A DNA stretch of 64,000 nt from a virus. The notes under the pieces are model-generated. The model saw nothing but the letters and a program-made list of their open reading frames with translations. It made no database searches and was not told the origin of the DNA. Position 1 is the stretch's first letter, and each line of letters opens with the position of its first letter. Both the position numbers and the translations under genes were made by a program. The stretch is taken from positions 1 through 64,000 of IMG/VR virus record IMGVR_UViG_3300031413_000003. One strand, given 5' to 3'. Shown one piece after another: positions 37,435 through 46,758 of this stretch.

Positions 37435-39056
37435 GATTTCAATCCACTGGTCGCTGCTTTCAAGAGGAACAATAAAGGTTCTGAAAGCGGGTCATAAAGG
37501 AACTCACCACTACCGTCAATGTAGTAGTCACGACGACCGAACAACGCACGCACCTCGGCTTTACTTTCCTCACCGCACAAACCGTTGCAACCTAACTGGT
37601 CACCATCGTGGTCCGCATCAAGTGGGGATACACGAGTAGGGTCGACTGACAAGGAGTCAAAGAAGTCAACACGGTCTGCTTTATGAGGATAGTTGTTAAC
37701 CCGGAAGAGCTTCTCTCCGTAAGGCGACACAATATCGCGGGGCTTGGCACCCTGTATCGTCTTTAAGTTAACATAGCTCGGATAGATGGAGCCGATACCG
37801 ATGATAGGGTAACGTGTTTGCTGCATCATGTTGGAGGTGATGGCATTGTGACAGTAAATATAGAAAAGCTCCACATAGGTCATGGGAGTAACATATTTAC
37901 GGTCGCGGCCTTCGGGGAGTTCGTCGATATCGAACAGCACCATAACTTCATTGCCGTCATCGTAGACGAGGGCGACGTAGCATTTATTAATGGTGATGGG
38001 TTTAAAGCGCAGGTCCTGAGCCTTGAAGCCATTGAAGAGTTTCACCAAACCTTCCACCGTGGTCCACTTATCGATCACCGTAGCGTTCAGTTCTTCATAG
38101 GTATAACTCAGGGTTTTGGGATCAATCAGCTTGACGTTGTTGGAGCCCAAAGTAAACACATGCTCAATAAAGTTCTTCATGAGCGCATTAATGCACGAAT
38201 ACTGGAAGTTCATCAAGCCTTGATACATGCCGATATCTGAAGAGTTCGGGTTGACGCCGTCATCTTCATCCAGATCAGCGCGTGATACCTTACGAGCTGT
38301 CAGGATGTTACGTACACCACCGACTACACCACGCGTTGCCATCTTGCTCTGTAATGTACCGCCTTTCCCGTCCAGTGTTTCAAACAGGTAGTCGTCGATG
38401 GCATTAACAGAACTCTGGATGCCCCAACGCACGTTATCATACAGCGGGTTGTTTTCATCACCGGCAGGGATGTTCTGAACCGCACGCGTTTTAAACATCA
38501 ACTTTCTGTACAGTTCATTGAGTTCAGGTTCGACGACCTTGGTGGTATCACCAGAAGGCTGGAACTCAACATCACGCAAACCAGCAGGAATAACCAACAT
38601 GCGAGTATGGAGCGCGTAGTCAAACTTCTCTTTTACCAAAGTGATACGCTGCTTACGGCGTGGAGAGGAATTCTCTTTGGGATCCAGTTGACCGAAGTGT
38701 TGCATAAAGAAAGCAAAACCCGTTTGTCCGTCCAGGATGTTGGATTTTATGAAGTCTTTCTCGCTAGCGTCCCACACGGCATATGTCGCCCCTTTGATAA
38801 TTCCCAAATACAGGGATTTCAGCTTTACCAGGGCGTCGAAATAGGTGGGGTTAAAAATGGGCAAGTAGGTTCTGATAAACGCTTCCGTTGTGTCACGCTT
38901 ATCAGTGCCTACCCGACCGAAGATTTCCACAGAATACAATCCGTCAGGGTTTAAGTTCTGTGTCATCCCTTCAAAGCTGTCTGTGGACGATACCTCTCCG
39001 TACAGTCCAGGGACAATACTTTTCGGGTCTAATAAAGACACGTTAGTGGGTTTCAT
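37431..39056 (-). CDS. Virion RNA polymerase beta' subunit, N-terminal catalytic part (phiKZ gp180-like)
   Basis: DGLYSVEIFG, LVIPAGLRD, LNELYRK, TRYP and catalytic DADHDGD motifs. Confidence 0.9.
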   Translation of the reverse strand: MKPTNVSLLDPKSIVPGLYGEVSSTDSFEGMTQNLNPDGLYSVEIFGRVGTDKRDTTEAFIRTYLPIFNPTYFDALVKLKSLYLGIIKGATYAVWDASEKDFIKSNILDGQTGFAFFMQHFGQLDPKENSSPRRKQRITLVKEKFDYALHTRMLVIPAGLRDVEFQPSGDTTKVVEPELNELYRKLMFKTRAVQNIPAGDENNPLYDNVRWGIQSSVNAIDDYLFETLDGKGGTLQSKMATRGVVGGVRNILTARKVSRADLDEDDGVNPNSSDIGMYQGLMNFQYSCINALMKNFIEHVFTLGSNNVKLIDPKTLSYTYEELNATVIDKWTTVEGLVKLFNGFKAQDLRFKPITINKCYVALVYDDGNEVMVLFDIDELPEGRDRKYVTPMTYVELFYIYCHNAITSNMMQQTRYPIIGIGSIYPSYVNLKTIQGAKPRDIVSPYGEKLFRVNNYPHKADRVDFFDSLSVDPTRVSPLDADHDGDQLGCNGLCGEESKAEVRALFGRRDYYIDGSGEFLYDPLSEPLLFLLKAATSGLKS

Positions 39057-39080
39057 TAAAAACTCCTAAGAGGTTTTAGC

Positions 39081-42000
39081 ATGAGTGATAATTTTGGATT
39101 TGACGACCCCTTTGATGGAGATCTTAATTTCGATTCTGACTTTGATTCTGATAAAAAAGGGTCCAAGTTAAAATCGTTCGCCATAGGATTTCTGGGTGGG
39201 GCAAAAGATGCACTCGTCGGTAGCACTGATGCGAAACTGAAAACAGTTAAAATGGCACTTCCCGAGTCGTTTAACGGGACTTTCCAATTCATCAATGATA
39301 CACGGCGAATCGTTGCCGAACTCAAGGACGAGGTCAAAAGAGAGACTGCGGACTCCATGAGAGACTTGCAGTATCTCGTTGGTCAACAAGGTGATACATT
39401 AAAGTCTAAGCTCCCTAATGGGCTGTCTAACAAAATTGACGAGTTCTCCAAATACGACTTCTCTAACTGGGATAGTGGTGGTAGCTCGAGCAGTGATGAC
39501 AAGCCTACCATGGAACAGCCTACTGACCAGGATGTCGGTGATGTAGTTGAGGCTACACGTGCTGGGAGCTTGATGACAGCCACCGGGCTGAGAACCTTGG
39601 GCAAAGAGTTAACAGACGCCTTGGTTGTTACAGCGGGTGCGCAGAACGCCAATATGCAGGGTATTGCAGTTGGCGTGGCCAAGTCTAATGGTTACTTGAA
39701 ACAGATCGTTGATTATCACGTCAGGGTGCAGCAGCGCAATGACTCCATGAAGATCAACCTTCTTGCCCGTATTCATTTAACCAACGCCAAGTTCTACAAA
39801 TTCATGGAAGCGGCTAACCACAAGTTAATCTCTGAAATGAAGGACGTGGCGAAGTCCAGCAAGATGTCAGACTTCCAGAAAATGACCCTGGGAGATGAAG
39901 TCCGTAAACGTATTCGCGGTACGATGTTCAATACTGCGAGAAACGGCGCGGGTGGCATCATGGGCTTGATCAATGATCGCGTAGGTAAAGCGGCTCGTCA
40001 AAACGGTTACTACGGTTTAAGTAACCTCACCAGTCAGTTGTCTATGGTCGGTGGTATGACAGACGGGATGAGTTCACGTGATATGGCAGAGATGATCGGT
40101 AGCATGTTTGGTGGCGGTATGATGGATGCCTTGCCTCGCATGCTGAAAGGTCGTCAGGGCGACGCCATGCGGGCACGGTTCGCTAAGGCTTTCCCTGAAC
40201 TCTCCAAAAAGATCGGCAGTCGTTATGAGAAACTGAACACGGTAGGTCACCAGATGTCGTACGGCTTGAATAACCTCGAAGGGTTGTTTAATACGCTGAG
40301 TGCGAACTATCAGGGGGGTAACCTGTTTGGGGACGAAGAAGACGAGAACATGACGTACCAGGATTACAAAGCTTCTTTACCCCCGGGTGAAAAGGCGATG
40401 CCTGAGTTCGTGTGGAAGTCCATGCGTTGGGCCAAGAAGAATGCCAACAAAGGACTGGGTGTGGTGCTGGATAACACCTACGGTTCCAACAAAACCAAAT
40501 ATGACCTTCGTGGCCGTACCTACGCCGATGGATCTGAAGCCCACGTCTATACTCGTCAAACCGACCGCACTATTACCGAGATCATTCCTGCCTGGTTCTC
40601 CCGCATCCACCTCTCACTTGAGAAAATGCGTACCGGGAACAACAACCTGAAAGCAGAAACCTACGACTGGACCAAAGGCAAGTTCATCAGCGCCAAAGGT
40701 GCCAAGTCCATGGCAATGCGTGAGGTCTATGGTTCTCAGGTGTTGGGTAGTGCGGTGTACAGTTCCAAAGCTGCTGCAGATGTAATAGATGAAAAGGGTG
40801 CGCTGAGCGATAAAGCCAAACAGGAGTTAGGTTTCCAGCTGGCACGTAAATCAGACTCCGGTATGGGTTTCTCTCCTTATCATTTACTGAACCTGGAAAA
40901 GGACGGTGTGGATCCGAAGATTGCTGAAGAGATTCGTGCGATGGCACTGGAGAACTTTGGCATTACCCCGGAACAGATCGATCGTTTCCAAAACGGCAAC
41001 GACGCTGACCGTGCCAAGCTCTTGTCCATCATGCCGGGCAAAGGTGCGGCGTTAGCGAACAAAGCGTTACCGTACGTTACAGACATCAAGAACGGCATCT
41101 ACAACACCAACGACAACATCGACCGTCTCCGTAACTCAGGCCATTACCAAGCGTTACGTGATGCGGGTATCATCATCACCAAGAATGGACGCGAAGAGAT
41201 TGATGATGAAAAGATGTGGAAGATGTTCCGACTCCAGCAAACCGACGAGAACTTCGACAAGAAGCTTCGTGCTGAGCAGGAGAAAGGATATGACGTTGAG
41301 CAGGGTGACACGGTTAATCGTGCCGGTGGAACCACCAACAACACGACTAACAACAACTTCGGCGACTTGAATACCACACTGACTGAACTGAACCAGACAA
41401 TTAAGAATGGTGCAGGTAATGCAGGCGGTGGGGCAAATTACGGTCAGAGCCTGAGCTTGGTGAACACCCAGCTGGATAAGTTAATCACTATCCAAACCGG
41501 CCACACCGATATCTTCCAGAAGCTGTTGGAGAAACAACCCACCATCCTTCGTCGCAGCAAGAAAGAGCAGACGGAAGAAGAGCAGGGCAAGAAAACCCTG
41601 TTAGACCGTATCAAGGGCTTCTCGCCACGGAACATGTTTAATAAAGGTGTTGAAACCTTGTTGAACAATGAGCCACTGATACTGGGTGGATTGATTGGTG
41701 GTCTGGGTGCTTACGCACTGCATGATCCAAAAGCTGCCGCCTTGATTGGTGCAGGTGGATTAGCGGTAGCGGCGTATTCCAAGATCCGTTCTCTGAATTC
41801 ACAGCGTTTCGCTGACACCGAAGACCTGTATGAAAATCCAGGTGACGAAGAGCCGTTGCTGCGTGGTGAACGCTTACGTAATGGGGACTACTTCGACAGC
41901 GCTACCCGTAAGGTCCTCCAGACCTGGAATGACGTCACCAGTGCGATCATTGACAAAGCGGGTAACATTGTGGCGACTGCCCGTCAGTTAGCCCAGAAGC

Positions 42001-45000
42001 TGTTTGGTGCAGACGGTCGTGCCCGCATGCTGCGCGGTTTAAACAAACTGCGTGAAATGGGCATGAAGCTGTTTAACGTGATTGATCCGTTTGGTCGTAT
42101 CTCTAAAGCCGGCAAAGCAGTATCAGGTCGTTTCCACCGTATGGATGTGTTCCGCCAAGGTGAGAAGTCTCCGGTGCTGATCGGTAAGAAGATGGGCAAA
42201 GGCTGGTACTTCAAGCTGGACGCCAACGATAAAGCGGTAGAGATCAACGGGTGGGATGAGATCGATGGACCTGTCTACGATAAAGATGGCGAAGTACTGA
42301 TTACCCAAGATGACTTCGACCGCGGTCTGGTTACCTCAATGGGTGTCAGTATCACCAAACTGGGGGCGGCATCTAAGCGTGCAGGTATCCTGGGTCTGGA
42401 TCTGTTGGGCAAGTTTAAAGATCGCGCTATTGCGGGCGGTAAGAAGGCCTACGACAAAACCACGCAACTGGTCAAAGCCGACTACTCACCCATCGTGAAC
42501 TCAGTAGACCGTATCTACCACTTACTGTGTCAGAAGTTCGGCGTTGAGCCACAAGACATCAGCATGGTGGAAAAACTGGATGTGGTCGAACACCTGCGTT
42601 CTAAAGAGCACGCGGAAGGGGGAACAGAGGACGCCGACGGGATCCGTTTGAACTCGCTAGCCGATGAACGTCGTCAAGCCAAAGAGAAGAAAGCGGAGAA
42701 AGTCCAGGACGCCATTATCAATATCAGTGACTCGCTAGGCGGCATCGCAAATAAGAAAGAAGAGAAGAAGAAACCAAAAGGTCTTCTCGGCTTGCTGTTT
42801 GGTGGTGTAGGCATGGTGAAGAACCTCGCTGAAAAGTTCTTTGGCAAAACTTTTATGACGGGTTTCTCTACCTTGTTTAAGTTCGCGGGGGTGGCACTTA
42901 AATCCCTGCCGGTGATTGGTGGTAGCATAAGTAAGCTTGCCAGCTTCTTCACCGGGGGCGGACGTGATCAGGGAGTAGAAGACTTATTGGGTGAAGGCGG
43001 GGATGATGTAGGCGGTTCTGCAAGCGAAACACGTGAAGAGCGCAAACAGCGTAAAGAACGTGAGCGCAAGAAGAAAGAGAACCGTGCGCGTCGTCAACGT
43101 GAGCGCAATGACCGTTTGAGAGGCGGCGGTGGAACGGATGCTGAACTGGAACGCGATCTGCGCAACCGGGGAAGGCGTAATCGTGTTAACCGCGGACGGC
43201 GTTTTGGTGGACTGAGAAACGCAGCCAGGAACTTTGGAGGATCCTTTAATCCACGCACCGCTATCCTAAAAGCCGGTTTGCTTTATGCCGGTGGTCAGGC
43301 AGCTGGCGAGCTCATGGATAATGATACCTTGAGCACGGCGGGGAATGTCATGGCCGGATATTCACTGGCATCTTCTATTGCAGGCGCTGCCGGCATCGAC
43401 ATTGGTGTAGGGGCGTTAGCCAGTGCAGCAGGCACGGGATTGGCAGCAGCAGGTTCTGCGGCAGCAACTGTGTTGGCGTCGCCGGTGGTCCTGGCAGGTC
43501 TGGCAGTGGCCGGTGTAGGCTTGGCCGGTTACGGCATCTACAAGTGGTACACCAAAGGCAAGTACCGTCAAGTTGACATTCGTTTCGCCCAATACGGTTT
43601 GGAAGATGCGGACGGAGATTTAGGCAAGAAGATCTTTACGATCGAGCAGTTGTTGACCAAGCATGTAGTGATCAATAACGGCGCTGCCTCTTTCTCAACC
43701 GATACCCCAATCCAGCAGGTCTTTAAATTACTGCAAACCGGCAATGACGGTAAACAGTCAGGTGAGATGGGTGACATCTTCAGTTGGTTCAACGGACGCT
43801 TTAAACCAGTGTTCCTGACCTACATGTCGTGTCTTGATACCTTGCGGATAAAGAGTCTGGAAGAGTACGACAAGCTTACCGACAAAAAGGCGTATGACAT
43901 CGCCTACCAGGCGTCACAGGCGATCGCGGCTATTCAGCCTTCTCCTTACCAAGTGACACCGAGCATTGATCCACACGACAAGCTGATGGCGCAGGATGAA
44001 ACCATTGCTACCGTGGGCAAATACCTGCAAGAGCTGAAGAAGTATCTTGATAAGAATGATGACACTGCAAAAGTCCGTGATGTCACCATGAAGGTAGAAA
44101 CCAAAGAGGGTCTGGAGAAAGAGAAAGCAGAACTTCAGGACAAGCTCAAGAACACGAGCTTCTGGGGACTCAACGGCTCAACCAGCTTGCTGGAACAGCG
44201 TCGCGTGAAATCCCGCCTCTCTGAGATCGATGGGGAAGTTGATAAGTTAAACGACGCCTATGGTCAGGGCAAAGTAGCAGGACAGGTTAACGTCAAAGAC
44301 CTGATTCCTGACAACGGCATTATCGACCCGTTCACGCTGATTCGTATGAACGCTTATGGTCTGTCTCTGAGCTTCGGTAAAGAGTACGGCACGGAAATGT
44401 TCCCTACGTGGAAGTTCCAGGCTGTGGCACACCTTGAGCGTCGTGTAGAAGGCATGATCAAAATCATTGGCAAAGATGCGCGCTTCCTGGGTAAAACCGG
44501 TGAACTGTTCCACGAGTTCAAAGCCGCTTTCCGTGTTAAGGATGACAAGGCCGATGATTGGTGCCTGTGGTTCCGTGATCGTTTCCTGCCGGTGCTTATG
44601 AACTATTATAAGCTCTACAATGGATACGGCAACGGCGCGCCGGGCACGGGTTGGATGAACTTAACGGCAACGGCGAAATACCAGATTGCCTTGGGGATTA
44701 TCGACACACGCAACGTCACACCGAAGAAAACCCTTGTTCCCGTGTGGAGCGTAAAAGTTTCACCGTTTGAGGGTGGATTCTCGGTACCGAAGTTAGCAGA
44801 AGTTGATAAGCTGTTGAAAGCATTGCAGGAACTGAGTAACAAAGCCAAGCTGCGTAACCCAATCCTGGAAGCCCAACAGACCAGTGCCAAACAGTTGGTG
44901 AACCAAACTACTGCTCACGCTGTAGGTGGTGCAGTCACCGATAAACTCAGTGCCGGGGGTAATCCACAAACCCGCGCTGACTTGGCAATGGACACCCAGT

Positions 45001-46715
45001 TCACCATGCCGTCTCAAACCTATGCTCCGGTGCGAGGCAGTTCAGATGTCAACAAGGTCGACCTGCGTGGAGTGAAACCTTCAGCCGCAGGTAATGATAC
45101 CGGGGTAAGCGTTCCGCGCAATGCGGCAGAACAGTTGATTATTCGTGAGATGTTGGCACAAGGATTAACTGACCCCCGTTTGATTGCTGAAGCCTTGGCG
45201 TTAACCAACTACGAGTCGCAGGGCTATTCTCAAACCACCGAGAACATGCGCTACCGTGACCCAGCTCGACTGATGCAGTTGTTCCGCAATGTCACTGACA
45301 TGGGTACGGCTCAGCAGTTGGTGCAGGCTGGTCCGCAAGCCATCGCGAACTTTGTTTACGGTGGTGCCAAAGGTGCTTCGTTGGGTAACATCAACGAGAA
45401 CGATGGTTGGGATTACCGGGGACGTGGATTTATCCAGCTCACTGGTCGTGCTAACTACCGTAAGTTTGGACAGATGATCGGCGTTGATCTTGAGAAGAAT
45501 CCACAGTTGGCAAGCTCTGACCCCAAAGTCATGGCAAAACTGGCAGTGGCGTTCATCAAGGACAACAAGCAGTTAATGTCGATCACCAAGACCAACAACT
45601 TTGGTAATGCGGCACGCGGTTTGAACGGCGGTAATGCCTTGCCGGGCATGGAAAAACGCTTTGCCATGTTCAAGGACTACTTGGCTCGTTTAAGCAACGG
45701 CACCTTGACAGCAGATGGCGGTGACGCCAGTACTGACCTGGCAGCAAAAGGTCGGGCTGAAACGGAAGCCGCTACTGGCGGAGTTGATCAACCTGCCTTG
45801 CCATCACCGAAACCTATGGGTAATACGGTTGATACGGGAACCACACCGGTATCGATTCCACAGAACCCAGGCCTAGGTGGTGGTAAACTTCCTCCGATGT
45901 CAGGTTACGGTTTAGGTGGCGGTAGTCCGAATGGCGGTGCAGGTGCAGGCTTCCAACGTGTTGGAGATGTCACAGCTGTTGCCTCGGGTAATCGCACTAA
46001 CACCTATACGGGTTTGACCCTGAAGTCACAGGAAACCACCGCAGGCGGTCCGGTTCATCCAGGCATCGTTCGTGTGTGTCAAGAGATCCAGGCGCGTGTG
46101 CAAGACTTCATTCGCTTCACGGCATTGAACGACGCATACCACCACAAAGCCAATCCACGGAGCAAACACGCTGTGGGTCTGGCACTGGACTTTACTGTTC
46201 AGGGTGGTGTCTCAACGTCTGACCAGGCAGTTGGCATTGTACAGAAGATGATGAGCGACGCTGGCATGAATTCGGCGGATTACAAAGTCATCAATGAATA
46301 CCGTGTCAAAACAGCGGCAGGTACGGGCGGTCATGTTCACTTTAACTTTGAAAGTGATGCAGCGGCTGACAAATACCTCCGCACTGTCGGGGAAACCTCT
46401 GCAGCGCAGATGGGGCGTATCGCTACTGATGCAGCAACTGCACCACCAACCGGTAATGCAGAAGCCCCAACCACCACTGCGCCGCAAAGCGCGCCAGCAC
46501 CTCAGGCCGCTCCGCAAGCAGCAGCAACACCGGCTCCTGCTCCACAGGCGTCAGCTCCGGCAACCCCGGCTGCTCCAGCACCTGAACCACTCGACCCGCA
46601 AGTACTGGCTGCGGCCATGAAGACGGGTTCCGGTGGTATCGAGGATTTGTTGAAGCAGCTGATCCAGGTCGTCAAGCAACAGAACAACCCGACTCCTACT
46701 GTGAAGACGGGCTAA
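39081..46715 (+). CDS. Tape-measure-like tail protein with GH19 and M15-like peptidoglycan hydrolase domains (phiKZ gp181 position)
   Basis: 2544 aa; YES...GNINENDGWDYRGRGFIQLTGRANY (GH19); SKHAVGLALD...HVH (M15/LAS Zn motif); Gly/Ala hydrophobic segments. Confidence 0.82.
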   Translation: MSDNFGFDDPFDGDLNFDSDFDSDKKGSKLKSFAIGFLGGAKDALVGSTDAKLKTVKMALPESFNGTFQFINDTRRIVAELKDEVKRETADSMRDLQYLVGQQGDTLKSKLPNGLSNKIDEFSKYDFSNWDSGGSSSSDDKPTMEQPTDQDVGDVVEATRAGSLMTATGLRTLGKELTDALVVTAGAQNANMQGIAVGVAKSNGYLKQIVDYHVRVQQRNDSMKINLLARIHLTNAKFYKFMEAANHKLISEMKDVAKSSKMSDFQKMTLGDEVRKRIRGTMFNTARNGAGGIMGLINDRVGKAARQNGYYGLSNLTSQLSMVGGMTDGMSSRDMAEMIGSMFGGGMMDALPRMLKGRQGDAMRARFAKAFPELSKKIGSRYEKLNTVGHQMSYGLNNLEGLFNTLSANYQGGNLFGDEEDENMTYQDYKASLPPGEKAMPEFVWKSMRWAKKNANKGLGVVLDNTYGSNKTKYDLRGRTYADGSEAHVYTRQTDRTITEIIPAWFSRIHLSLEKMRTGNNNLKAETYDWTKGKFISAKGAKSMAMREVYGSQVLGSAVYSSKAAADVIDEKGALSDKAKQELGFQLARKSDSGMGFSPYHLLNLEKDGVDPKIAEEIRAMALENFGITPEQIDRFQNGNDADRAKLLSIMPGKGAALANKALPYVTDIKNGIYNTNDNIDRLRNSGHYQALRDAGIIITKNGREEIDDEKMWKMFRLQQTDENFDKKLRAEQEKGYDVEQGDTVNRAGGTTNNTTNNNFGDLNTTLTELNQTIKNGAGNAGGGANYGQSLSLVNTQLDKLITIQTGHTDIFQKLLEKQPTILRRSKKEQTEEEQGKKTLLDRIKGFSPRNMFNKGVETLLNNEPLILGGLIGGLGAYALHDPKAAALIGAGGLAVAAYSKIRSLNSQRFADTEDLYENPGDEEPLLRGERLRNGDYFDSATRKVLQTWNDVTSAIIDKAGNIVATARQLAQKLFGADGRARMLRGLNKLREMGMKLFNVIDPFGRISKAGKAVSGRFHRMDVFRQGEKSPVLIGKKMGKGWYFKLDANDKAVEINGWDEIDGPVYDKDGEVLITQDDFDRGLVTSMGVSITKLGAASKRAGILGLDLLGKFKDRAIAGGKKAYDKTTQLVKADYSPIVNSVDRIYHLLCQKFGVEPQDISMVEKLDVVEHLRSKEHAEGGTEDADGIRLNSLADERRQAKEKKAEKVQDAIINISDSLGGIANKKEEKKKPKGLLGLLFGGVGMVKNLAEKFFGKTFMTGFSTLFKFAGVALKSLPVIGGSISKLASFFTGGGRDQGVEDLLGEGGDDVGGSASETREERKQRKERERKKKENRARRQRERNDRLRGGGGTDAELERDLRNRGRRNRVNRGRRFGGLRNAARNFGGSFNPRTAILKAGLLYAGGQAAGELMDNDTLSTAGNVMAGYSLASSIAGAAGIDIGVGALASAAGTGLAAAGSAAATVLASPVVLAGLAVAGVGLAGYGIYKWYTKGKYRQVDIRFAQYGLEDADGDLGKKIFTIEQLLTKHVVINNGAASFSTDTPIQQVFKLLQTGNDGKQSGEMGDIFSWFNGRFKPVFLTYMSCLDTLRIKSLEEYDKLTDKKAYDIAYQASQAIAAIQPSPYQVTPSIDPHDKLMAQDETIATVGKYLQELKKYLDKNDDTAKVRDVTMKVETKEGLEKEKAELQDKLKNTSFWGLNGSTSLLEQRRVKSRLSEIDGEVDKLNDAYGQGKVAGQVNVKDLIPDNGIIDPFTLIRMNAYGLSLSFGKEYGTEMFPTWKFQAVAHLERRVEGMIKIIGKDARFLGKTGELFHEFKAAFRVKDDKADDWCLWFRDRFLPVLMNYYKLYNGYGNGAPGTGWMNLTATAKYQIALGIIDTRNVTPKKTLVPVWSVKVSPFEGGFSVPKLAEVDKLLKALQELSNKAKLRNPILEAQQTSAKQLVNQTTAHAVGGAVTDKLSAGGNPQTRADLAMDTQFTMPSQTYAPVRGSSDVNKVDLRGVKPSAAGNDTGVSVPRNAAEQLIIREMLAQGLTDPRLIAEALALTNYESQGYSQTTENMRYRDPARLMQLFRNVTDMGTAQQLVQAGPQAIANFVYGGAKGASLGNINENDGWDYRGRGFIQLTGRANYRKFGQMIGVDLEKNPQLASSDPKVMAKLAVAFIKDNKQLMSITKTNNFGNAARGLNGGNALPGMEKRFAMFKDYLARLSNGTLTADGGDASTDLAAKGRAETEAATGGVDQPALPSPKPMGNTVDTGTTPVSIPQNPGLGGGKLPPMSGYGLGGGSPNGGAGAGFQRVGDVTAVASGNRTNTYTGLTLKSQETTAGGPVHPGIVRVCQEIQARVQDFIRFTALNDAYHHKANPRSKHAVGLALDFTVQGGVSTSDQAVGIVQKMMSDAGMNSADYKVINEYRVKTAAGTGGHVHFNFESDAAADKYLRTVGETSAAQMGRIATDAATAPPTGNAEAPTTTAPQSAPAPQAAPQAAATPAPAPQASAPATPAAPAPEPLDPQVLAAAMKTGSGGIEDLLKQLIQVVKQQNNPTPTVKTG

Positions 46716-46718
46716 CAG

Positions 46719-46740
46719 AGTGGGGGGATTCTCCCCCACT
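46719..46740 (+). terminator. Intrinsic terminator
   Basis: AGTGGGGG-GATTCT-CCCCCACT followed by TCTTTTT. Confidence 0.7.
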
Positions 46741-46758
46741 TCTTTTTCGGAGTTAAAC

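Noticed and set aside
46460-46600. GC-rich quasi-repeats as a possible repeat array or CRISPR
   Set aside because: They encode the Ala/Pro/Gln linker of the tail protein; no constant repeat-spacer periodicity
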